Assembly: GCA_937924525.1 (NCBI GenBank)
Contig: CALDSU010000002.1
Span: forward strand, 311,069-375,068
Direction: 5' to 3'
Source of the DNA: an uncultured Bryobacteraceae bacterium
GTDB lineage: Bacteria; Acidobacteriota; Terriglobia; Bryobacterales; Bryobacteraceae
DNA length: 64,000 nt
Part shown: positions 18,899-26,296 of the stretch, in pieces
How positions within the stretch are numbered: the first letter of the stretch is position 1
Layout of the letters: the number at the start of each line of letters is the position of its first letter
Notes under the pieces: generated by a model
The model's database searches: none
Told to the model about the DNA's origin: nothing
Seen by the model: only the letters and a program-made list of their open reading frames with translations
Program-made: the position numbers and the translations under genes

Positions 18899-19399
18899 AT
18901 GTTCAAAACAAGAAAAGCGAAGCCTGCAGCGCCGCCCGCGGGCGAGACCTTCTCGTCGAGCGAGGTCTCCCGCATCTCCGGAGTGAGCCTCCGGCAGCTT
19001 CAGTGGTGGGATGAGCGCAACGTGGTATCGCCCCGCCACGACGGCCACCGGCGCGTGTACTCGGCCTCCGAGGTGATTGAGATTACCGTGATTGCCGAGT
19101 TGCGGCGCAAGGGCTTCTCGCTGCAGAAGATCCGGCGGGTGCTCCGGTTCCTCCAGCGGGAGATGAACAAGGGGCTGGCCGAGATCCTGGCCGGAGAGTC
19201 GGAGGTTCACCTGCTGACGGACGGCAAGTCGATCTATCTGGAAGAAAGCAAAGAGCGGATTATCGATATCCTCAAGGCGGCCAAGCAGCCGATGTTCCTG
19301 GTCTGCGTGAGCGACCAGGTTCGCCGTCTGGAGACGCCCCAGCGCAAACCTGTCCGAGCCGAAACGGCCACCTCCGCCCGCAAGGCAAGAGCGGTTTAG
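18899..19399 (+). CDS. MerR family transcriptional regulator
   Basis: 166 aa from ATG 18899. N-terminal HTH FSSSEVSRISGVSLRQLQWWDERNVVSPRHDGHRRVYSASEVIEITVIAELRRKGFSLQKIRRVL is typical of MerR-type regulators. Confidence 0.75.
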   Translation: MFKTRKAKPAAPPAGETFSSSEVSRISGVSLRQLQWWDERNVVSPRHDGHRRVYSASEVIEITVIAELRRKGFSLQKIRRVLRFLQREMNKGLAEILAGESEVHLLTDGKSIYLEESKERIIDILKAAKQPMFLVCVSDQVRRLETPQRKPVRAETATSARKARAV

Positions 19400-19848
19400 C
19401 CGCCCGTTTCCAAACCGCTGGAAGCCCTGATCCGCGGCGCCGAGTCGCAAGCGGCAGGGAGTGCTTTAGCAAGGGCCCTGACTGAAGGCGATGAAAATGG
19501 GCTCGAGCTGCGGCCCGCAGCCGTCGAGTGCGTGAGGGCGAAAGCTGGCCTCATCCCCTTGATTTTCACGGGAGCGGCGGGACAGCCGCAGTGGGGCAAG
19601 TCTCCGAATGGCCCTGCGAGTTTTGGATGGTAAGCCCTCCGCGCCGCCCGGAGACCGGCGCCACGTGGCCCGGCGCTCCGCCACGTAAGCAAGAAGGAGA
19701 GCCTGATGGCCCTGCGGGCCACCAAACGTGATGAGAAGGGGCGCGATGCGGGCATTCTGCAAGGGACCAGTGGGCGACCCCAACGCCCGGCCCACTCGCT
19801 CCCGCTCGTGGCTCGAAACGACGGACCCCCTCGGCGAGCGCGGCTCCG

Positions 19849-21096
19849 CTAAGGCTGCCCCGCGCGCTGCTTGAAGCGTTTTTCTTCCTCGAGGATTTTC
19901 CCCGGCACGCTGTTGAACTCGCCGCTGCCCGGCTGGAACGGGTAACGATTCTTGATCTCGTCCGTCAGGACGATGCCCAGCCCCGCCGTCTCCGGGGGCA
20001 GGACGTAGCCGTCTTTCATCACGAACGAATCGCCGACCACCTCCGAATGCAACCCGGCGTAGTCCGGCGGGATCTCGAGGATCCGCGTGTTGGGCACGCT
20101 GAAGGCGCAATGGACGTTCTGCATCAGGGCGCCGCCGGCGCCCCAGCAGTGCGTGGCCAGTCCGCGGCCGCGCTCGTGCAGCATGGCGGCGATGCGCTGA
20201 AACTCTCCGAAGCCTCCTGAATAAGACGCGTCCGGCTGGCCGATGTCGAACGCGTCGATGTCGAGATACGTCTTCCATTCGCAGAAGCCCGTGAGGCATT
20301 CGCCGCCGGCGATAGGAATTGGCGTGAGCTTGCACAACGCCGCGTAGCTGGCCGCGTCCAGATAGGGCAGCGGTTCCTCGAAGAAAAACAAGCCATAGGG
20401 CTCCACAGCTTTCATCACCGCCGCGGCCACTTCCAGATTCCAGGTGTTTCCGGGGCTGTTGCCCATGTGGCCATCGAGCATCACTTCCACGCCGCGTCCG
20501 AAGCGGGACCGGATGAAGTCCAGTTTGGCCGCTTCGAAATCCGCCGCGGCGGCCGGTTCGCCCGCCACCGAGAAGCCTTCCTCGGCCGAGTGGCTACCGG
20601 CGCCCAACTTGAACCCCCGGAAGCCCAAAGACAGGTAGTACTCGACCTTGGCGGCCAGCTTCTCCAGCGGGTAGTTGCTGGGACCGCCGGTGGCGTACGC
20701 CAGCAACTGGTCATGCTTCAACCCTCCCAGCAGTTGGTGCACCGGTACGCCGAGGTGCTTGCCCTTCAGATCCCACAGCGCCGCTTCGATGCCGGTCAGC
20801 ACGGAAATACCCATGCCGACGCGGCACCAGAAATTGCCGCAATGGTACATGCGGCGCCAAAGCTCGGGGATGTCGTCCACGGTCTGGCCGATCAGCACGG
20901 GTGCAAAGAAGTCGACGATGCCCGGCACCGCCTCGGGAAACGCGTAGCCGACCATCGTCTCGCCCCAGCCGGTCAGCCCGGCGTCGGTGTGGATCTCGAT
21001 GAAGGCAGCGCTGCGCCGCTTGCGGGCTTCGCGGAGAAAACGATCATTGGTGCAAGGTCCGGTGAGCAGGACCGTACGGACATCGGTGATGTGCAT
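19849..21096 (-). CDS. enolase-superfamily enzyme (mandelate racemase / muconate lactonizing family, probable sugar-acid dehydratase)
   Basis: 415 aa from ATG 21096 (MHITDVRTVLLTGP...). FIEIHTDAGLTGWGE and GIEAALWDLKGKHLGVPVHQLLGG are characteristic of MR/MLE N-terminal and barrel domains. The upstream 61-codon ORF extension looks non-coding. Confidence 0.85.
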   Translation of the reverse strand: MHITDVRTVLLTGPCTNDRFLREARKRRSAAFIEIHTDAGLTGWGETMVGYAFPEAVPGIVDFFAPVLIGQTVDDIPELWRRMYHCGNFWCRVGMGISVLTGIEAALWDLKGKHLGVPVHQLLGGLKHDQLLAYATGGPSNYPLEKLAAKVEYYLSLGFRGFKLGAGSHSAEEGFSVAGEPAAAADFEAAKLDFIRSRFGRGVEVMLDGHMGNSPGNTWNLEVAAAVMKAVEPYGLFFFEEPLPYLDAASYAALCKLTPIPIAGGECLTGFCEWKTYLDIDAFDIGQPDASYSGGFGEFQRIAAMLHERGRGLATHCWGAGGALMQNVHCAFSVPNTRILEIPPDYAGLHSEVVGDSFVMKDGYVLPPETAGLGIVLTDEIKNRYPFQPGSGEFNSVPGKILEEEKRFKQRAGQP

Positions 21097-21128
21097 GCGT
21101 CTTGGGTTCCCTTGGGGAGAGTGCGGGC

Positions 21129-21179
21129 GGCGGGCGCCCGCCCGTTGTTGCCGTCTTCTAGTATACTCGCGATATATCG
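21129..21179. promoter_or_regulatory. cluster of three perfect palindromes in the divergent intergenic region (candidate operator/promoter elements)
   Basis: GGCGGGCGCCCGCC (21129-21142), AGTATACT (21160-21167) and CGATATATCG (21170-21179). They lie between the enolase-family ATG (21096) and the FG-GAP ATG (21185). Confidence 0.3.
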
Positions 21180-21184
21180 TGCAT

Positions 21185-22366
21185 ATGCAAATTAGCCGCT
21201 TCCCGCTGGCGCTGCTGGCCCTTCTGGCCGCGCCCGCTCCGCCGCAATTCACGGAGCAGCTCATCTCGAGGGACTTCACCTATCCTTACGGCGTCGCGCT
21301 CCACGACCTGGACGGCGACGGCGACCTGGACGTCACCGCCTCGGACGCGCGCGCGAACAACAACCTGTACTGGTTTGAGAACGACGGCAAGGGCGGGTTG
21401 ATCCGCCACGTGATCCATCACCAGCCGATGTCGGGCTGGCGGCTGGAGCGCCACGCCTTCGGCGACTTCAACCGCGACGGGCGTCCCGACATCGTCATCG
21501 TCGAAAACTCGATGGGCGACCTACGGTGGCTGGAGAACCCCGGCCCTGAGAAAATCCGATCGCCCTGGCCGGTGCACTTCATCACCCGGGCGGATGCGGT
21601 GCCCGGCGCCTACGACGTCGCCGTGGCGGATTTCGACGGCGACGGCGACCTGGACGTGGCGGCGTCCAGTTGGAATCGCGGCAACATGTTCACCTGGCAT
21701 GAGAATCCGGGCGTCTCCGGACGGCTTTGGCGGCAGCATCACATCGCCGCCAACCTGGCCGAGACCCGAACCGTGCGGGTGGCCGACTTCGACGGCGACG
21801 GGCGCCCCGACGTGTTGGGCACCGCTTCCGGAGATGGACTCGTGCTCTGGTTTCAGAATCCGGGACCGGGCGGCGGCGAATGGCGTGCCCGCGTGATCGA
21901 CACCGCGCTCCGGCCCAGCCATGGCGAAGCCGCCGACTTGGACGGCGATGGCGATCCCGACGTGGTGATGGCCTTCGGCATGGGGGCCGAGTACTCCAGG
22001 TTGCAGCCCGTGTCCAGCCGGGTGGTGTGGTACGAGAACCTGGGCAGAGGCGCGGCGTGGAAGCGCCACGTGGTTCAGGAGCCGTTTCCCAACGCATTCG
22101 ACGTGGTGGCGGCCGACTTGGACGGCGATGGCGACCTCGACCTGGCGGCCACCGCCTGGAATAAAGGCACCGGCGTGGCGTTGGCCTGGTTCGAGAACCT
22201 CGGGCGCGGCCAGTGGCGGCAGCACGTGCTCAAAGAGAACTGGCCGCGAGCCGTCCAGTTGGCCGTGGGCGACCTCAATGGCGACCGCCGCCCTGACCTT
22301 GTCGCCGGCGCGGAGGACGGGTCGAGGGAATTGCGCTGGTGGCGCAACCAGGGAGGCGGGCGATGA
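21185..22366 (+). CDS. secreted FG-GAP/VCBS repeat protein (seven-bladed propeller)
   Basis: 393 aa from ATG 21185. Signal peptide MQISRFPLALLALLAAPAPP. Seven Ca-binding-like repeats (DLDGDGDLDV, DFNRDGRPDI, DFDGDGDLDV, DFDGDGRPDV, DLDGDGDPDV, DLDGDGDLDL, DLNGDRRPDL). Confidence 0.85.
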   Translation: MQISRFPLALLALLAAPAPPQFTEQLISRDFTYPYGVALHDLDGDGDLDVTASDARANNNLYWFENDGKGGLIRHVIHHQPMSGWRLERHAFGDFNRDGRPDIVIVENSMGDLRWLENPGPEKIRSPWPVHFITRADAVPGAYDVAVADFDGDGDLDVAASSWNRGNMFTWHENPGVSGRLWRQHHIAANLAETRTVRVADFDGDGRPDVLGTASGDGLVLWFQNPGPGGGEWRARVIDTALRPSHGEAADLDGDGDPDVVMAFGMGAEYSRLQPVSSRVVWYENLGRGAAWKRHVVQEPFPNAFDVVAADLDGDGDLDLAATAWNKGTGVALAWFENLGRGQWRQHVLKENWPRAVQLAVGDLNGDRRPDLVAGAEDGSRELRWWRNQGGGR

Positions 22367-23916
22367 ACCGCCGCCGTTTCCTCGGGTGCGTGCCGGCTGC
22401 CGCGCTGGCGCAGACCGGCAAGTGGGTGACCCCGGCGACGCGGCCGTCTATCGGACTGCACGACATCGCCGATCGCAAACAGCTTTTCCTCGATGATCTG
22501 CTGCTCGATCAGATGACCAGAGTCTCGCTGCTGCAAGGACGGCCGGACAAATACCCGCAAAACCCCGTCATCCAGCCCGATCAGCCCTGGGAGCAACTGA
22601 CGCAGAAGGATTGGGGCGGCGTCCAGATCAGCGGCCAGAGCGTCCTGTATGACGCCGAAGACAAACTGTTCAAATGCTGGTACTGGATTTCGTTCACGGG
22701 AGGCGACGCCGCCAGCGGGCGGCTTTGGGCATACGCCACCTCGCGCGATGGCTACCGTTGGGAAAAACCCGCGCTCGGGGAAGTCGCCTGGCGAGGAACC
22801 AAGCGGAATAACCTGCTGGTGCGGGAGAACTGGGGCAGCGGCGACGGCTACTTCAATGTCTTCAAGGACCCGCGCGAACGCGACCCGGCGCGGCGGTACA
22901 AGGCGCTGGGTTTCACCTGGGGCGCGCTGGGCACGAAGGCGGGCGCGACCGTGGCCTTCTCGCCCGACGGCATTCGCTGGACCGAGCATCCGGGGAACCC
23001 CGTGGCGCCGCAGGGCGTGGAGATCGTCGACGTGCCGACGATCCTGGGCTGGGACGAGCGGCGGGGGAAATACGTGGCCTACCCGCGGCCCGGCCATCCC
23101 AAGGCCCGCAAATTCTCCTCCGGCGAGCCGATTCCGAACTCCAGCACCGGCGATCTCCGCGCGATCGGCTACGCCGAAAGCGATGATTTTCTCGCCTGGT
23201 CGCCGACCCGCGTGATGCTGACGCCCGACGCAGAGGACCGCGTCGATTATCAGTACTACCAGATGGTCGCCGCCCCGTACGGCGAATTCTATGTCGGTCT
23301 GCTGGCGATGCATCAGACCCATGAGCAGACCTTCGAGAATTTTCTGCTGACCAGCCGGGACGGCTTTCACTGGAACTGGGTGGAGCGCAAGACGCCGTTT
23401 CTGGAGCGCGGGGCGCTGGGCAGCTACGACGCGGGGTACGCCACGCCGTCCGGACCCATGGTCCACGACGGAAAGATCTGGATCTACTATGGCGCTTACA
23501 GCGGCGCGCACAGCCTGCGCTTGAGCCGCCTGGGCCCGAACATTTTCACCATCGCGCTCGCCACGCTGCCGCTGGACCGCTGGGTGGGTATCCTGGCCGG
23601 GCCCGCCGAAGGCATGGTGTTGACGAACCCGTTCACCTTCCGGGGTTCCCGGCTGATGGTTGACCTGGATTGCGCCATGCCGGTGGTCCGGGGGCCGCGT
23701 CCCTATGAGCGCTGCCTGGTCCGGGCCGAACTCACCGACGCGAACGCCACGCGGATCGGAAAATTTTCCCTCGAACGCTGCGAGGCGCTGTCGCAATCCG
23801 GCCGAACCGAATTGCGCTGGCCGGGCGCGGATATCCGCGAACTCGAAGGGAAACCCGTCCGCCTGCGGTTCACCTTGCGCAGCGCGGCGTTGTATTCTTT
23901 TCAATTCATCCTCTAG
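22363..23916 (+). CDS. Tat-signal secreted protein, beta-propeller glycoside-hydrolase-like (family unassigned)
   Basis: 517 aa from ATG 22363 (ATGA overlap with the upstream stop). MNRRRFLG twin-arginine N-terminus. Repeated xSxDGxxW motifs (TSRDGYRWEK, FSPDGIRWTEH, TSRDGFHWNW) and IWIYYGAYSG resemble GH32/43/68/130-type propellers. Confidence 0.65.
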   Translation: MNRRRFLGCVPAAALAQTGKWVTPATRPSIGLHDIADRKQLFLDDLLLDQMTRVSLLQGRPDKYPQNPVIQPDQPWEQLTQKDWGGVQISGQSVLYDAEDKLFKCWYWISFTGGDAASGRLWAYATSRDGYRWEKPALGEVAWRGTKRNNLLVRENWGSGDGYFNVFKDPRERDPARRYKALGFTWGALGTKAGATVAFSPDGIRWTEHPGNPVAPQGVEIVDVPTILGWDERRGKYVAYPRPGHPKARKFSSGEPIPNSSTGDLRAIGYAESDDFLAWSPTRVMLTPDAEDRVDYQYYQMVAAPYGEFYVGLLAMHQTHEQTFENFLLTSRDGFHWNWVERKTPFLERGALGSYDAGYATPSGPMVHDGKIWIYYGAYSGAHSLRLSRLGPNIFTIALATLPLDRWVGILAGPAEGMVLTNPFTFRGSRLMVDLDCAMPVVRGPRPYERCLVRAELTDANATRIGKFSLERCEALSQSGRTELRWPGADIRELEGKPVRLRFTLRSAALYSFQFIL

Positions 23917-24152
23917 GAGCCCGTGCCTGATTCGCGATGCAGAAGGATCATCGTTCCGAAACCGGCGAACAGACGGAGCCGCGGGCGGAAACGTGGGGGA
24001 ACAAGCCGGGGACAGGCACCTTCTTCGCGCTCTCAAGGGTTGATGCCGCACTGCTCGCTGATCGAAAAAGGCTCTCTGTCCCGGGTTTTTTCAAGGCCGC
24101 GGAAACGAGCGGGCCTCTGCGGTTTGAGACAGGCGCTGACAGGAAAACACAC

Positions 24153-25064
24153 ATGATTCGAATCGACTGGCAGGACCTGACGCCGCTGCCGCGGCCGGCT
24201 TCCGGATGTATGGTCGCCTTGGCCGGAGGCGGTTACTGCGCCGCCGGAGGCACGGTGTGGCAGGACGGCGTGAAGACCTTTCTGCCTGACGTGCAAATGT
24301 ACGACTTGACGGCCGGCCAGTGGCGGCCGGGGCCGTCGCTGCCGGTTCCCCTCGCCTACGGCGTGGCTGTGCCCGCTCAGGGCGGGATGGCGATTTACGG
24401 CGGCGCGGATTCGGGCAAGACGTACCGTGGGGGCTGGCGCTGGCAGACTGGCGCGGACGGCTGGACGCCCGCCGAGGACCTGCCGGAGGCGCTCGTTCTG
24501 GCGCGGGCCCTGGTCCTGAGCGGCGAAGTTTTCGTGTTCGGGGGCGCGCCGGAGGTGGCCGATCTGACCGCTGCCTCGGCAAAGGTGTGGCGAGGGTCTG
24601 CGGGCGCCTGGGAACCGGCGGCAAACCTGCCCGGCGGACCTTTGGTCATGATGGCGTTGGCCGCCAGCGAGGGGCTGATCTACTGCTTCGGCGGCTGTTC
24701 CATGCCTGCCGCGGGCGTCGTCGAGAACTCCGGGGCGGCGTGGGCTTACGACCCGGCGGCGGGAACTTGGACGGCGCTCCGGCCGCTGCCCGCGCCCGTG
24801 CGCGGCGCGGCCGCCGTGACGCTGGCCCCCGGTCGCATCGCCCTTCTTGGCGGCTACGCCGGCGCGGGGGCGGGACATGGCTTTTCCGGAAGCGTCTTCG
24901 TCTACGACTGCCGCGCGGACGCGTACACCGAAGCCACGCCGCTGCCCGCGGGTGTTTCCGGCATCGAGTTTGTCCTCGCTGGTGACCTATTGCTGGGCAC
25001 GTGCGGCGAGGACGGCGTCCAGCGTCGCTTCGGGCGGCTGCTCGCCGGGCGGGTCGCGCCATGA
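24153..25064 (+). CDS. Kelch-repeat beta-propeller protein (NanM/mutarotase-like architecture)
   Basis: 303 aa from ATG 24153. Repeats have GG doublets and conserved W/Y (AGGTVWQDG, IYGGADSG, VFGGAPEV, CFGGCSMP, LLGGYAGAG). No signal peptide. The longer ORF from 23937 has weaker codon bias. Confidence 0.65.
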   Translation: MIRIDWQDLTPLPRPASGCMVALAGGGYCAAGGTVWQDGVKTFLPDVQMYDLTAGQWRPGPSLPVPLAYGVAVPAQGGMAIYGGADSGKTYRGGWRWQTGADGWTPAEDLPEALVLARALVLSGEVFVFGGAPEVADLTAASAKVWRGSAGAWEPAANLPGGPLVMMALAASEGLIYCFGGCSMPAAGVVENSGAAWAYDPAAGTWTALRPLPAPVRGAAAVTLAPGRIALLGGYAGAGAGHGFSGSVFVYDCRADAYTEATPLPAGVSGIEFVLAGDLLLGTCGEDGVQRRFGRLLAGRVAP

Positions 25065-26296
25065 ATCCCACCGGCGCTATGGACCGCCGGAACGGGCTGA
25101 TCTTCCTCGCCAACTTCATCCTGGTATTCCTTGCCGCGCCCGTCATCTACATCGGCGTCGTGCAGGCGGCCCTCTGCGACAAGCTGGGCGCGGGCGCGCT
25201 GGTGGCCAACCTGCCGATGGCCGCGTACCAGTTTGGCCAGGTGGCGCCATTTCTGCTTGCCTGGTGGGCGCCGCACCGGTGGGAAAAGAACGTGGTGGTG
25301 GCGGCGAACCTGGTGACGGCTTCCCTGATCCTGGGGGTGTTCGTCTCCCTGGCGCTGCCGTTTCCTCCGCCGGTGCGCATTGGCGCGGTGCTGATCCAGG
25401 GGCTGCTCCAGGGTCTCAGCGCGTCGTCCTCCCAGGTGTTCATGATCCAGTGCCTGCGCCGCGGCACCACGCCCGAGGGGCAGGCCCGCACCTTAAAAAT
25501 GACCTTCGGCCTGACCCCGTTTTTCGCGGTCGGCGGGTCGCTTGGCGCGCAGTATGTACTGCATCCCGGGATCCCGGGCGTGACTTACCCGTACGATTTT
25601 GCGCTGCTGTACCTGCTGGCGGCGCCGTGCGTGTTAGGGGTGGCATGGCTGAGCAGCCGCTTCGACCTGCCGCCGGTGGAGGACGAACCGCGCCAGCCCC
25701 TGCGCGAATACGTGGTGGGCAGCCTGCGCCAGTTCGCCGCCGTACGGCCGTTTGTCCTGCTCTGGCTGGGCTACCTGGCGTGGAACTCGACGCTCGGCGC
25801 CACGACGAACTTCTCGTTGTACACCCGCGAAGCCGTCGGCCGCGACCCGAAGGAGTTATCCGGCTATATCCTTGCGCTCCGCTTCGGCTGCAAAGCGCTC
25901 GGCGGTTACCTGCTGGGCTGGCTGGCGGTGCGCCGCGGGCTGCGCGCCGCCGTGATCGCCACCTGTGTATTGATGGGCGCGGGATGCGTCTGGTCCTGGG
26001 TGGTTCCAGGCTATGGATATCTGTTCGCGTTCGGCCTGCTGGGCGTCGGCGAACTGGGCGGCGCGTATTTTCCCAATTACATGGCGGCGCTCTCGCCCGT
26101 GACGGAGGGCGCGCGCAACGTGGCGTTGCTGACGATGGCAACCCCGTTTTCCGGCTTCGCCCCGGCGTTCCACGGCGCGGTGACCGAGCGCTTCGGGTTT
26201 GCATACAGTTTCGCCGCGGGCCTTTTGACGGCCGCGATCGCCGCGGCGCTGGTGGCCGCGATCCGGCGCAAACCCCAGGAGGAACACGAGCGATGA
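25061..26296 (+). CDS. MFS transporter
   Basis: 411 aa from ATG 25061 (ATGA overlap). About 12 hydrophobic helices in a two-times-six arrangement. Confidence 0.8.
   Translation: MNPTGAMDRRNGLIFLANFILVFLAAPVIYIGVVQAALCDKLGAGALVANLPMAAYQFGQVAPFLLAWWAPHRWEKNVVVAANLVTASLILGVFVSLALPFPPPVRIGAVLIQGLLQGLSASSSQVFMIQCLRRGTTPEGQARTLKMTFGLTPFFAVGGSLGAQYVLHPGIPGVTYPYDFALLYLLAAPCVLGVAWLSSRFDLPPVEDEPRQPLREYVVGSLRQFAAVRPFVLLWLGYLAWNSTLGATTNFSLYTREAVGRDPKELSGYILALRFGCKALGGYLLGWLAVRRGLRAAVIATCVLMGAGCVWSWVVPGYGYLFAFGLLGVGELGGAYFPNYMAALSPVTEGARNVALLTMATPFSGFAPAFHGAVTERFGFAYSFAAGLLTAAIAAALVAAIRRKPQEEHER

Noticed and set aside
19645-19660. B12-box-like 16-mer CGCCCGGAGACCGGCG suggesting a cobalamin riboswitch
   Set aside because: The other conserved cobalamin-riboswitch elements (AGGGAA, GGTGAAAATCC-like, GCCACTG in the right order) are not present on that strand. 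In addition, no gene lies downstream in that orientation, because the region sits between convergent genes.
19400-19848. tmRNA, RNase P RNA, SRP RNA or 6S RNA in the long gap
   Set aside because: I looked on both strands for the tRNA-like GGTTCGA.TCC...CCA end and GGGG...TTCGACG start of tmRNA, the GAGGAAAGTCCGG P4 strand of RNase P, and the GGAAGCAGCC SRP motif, and found none. It is kept only as an unclassified structured region.
23937-24152. Longer Kelch protein starting at ATG 23937
   Set aside because: The 72-codon extension has a clearly weaker G/C third-position bias, no signal peptide or Kelch repeat, and contains the hairpin/T6 element. ATG 24153 is preferred, but the longer form is not excluded.
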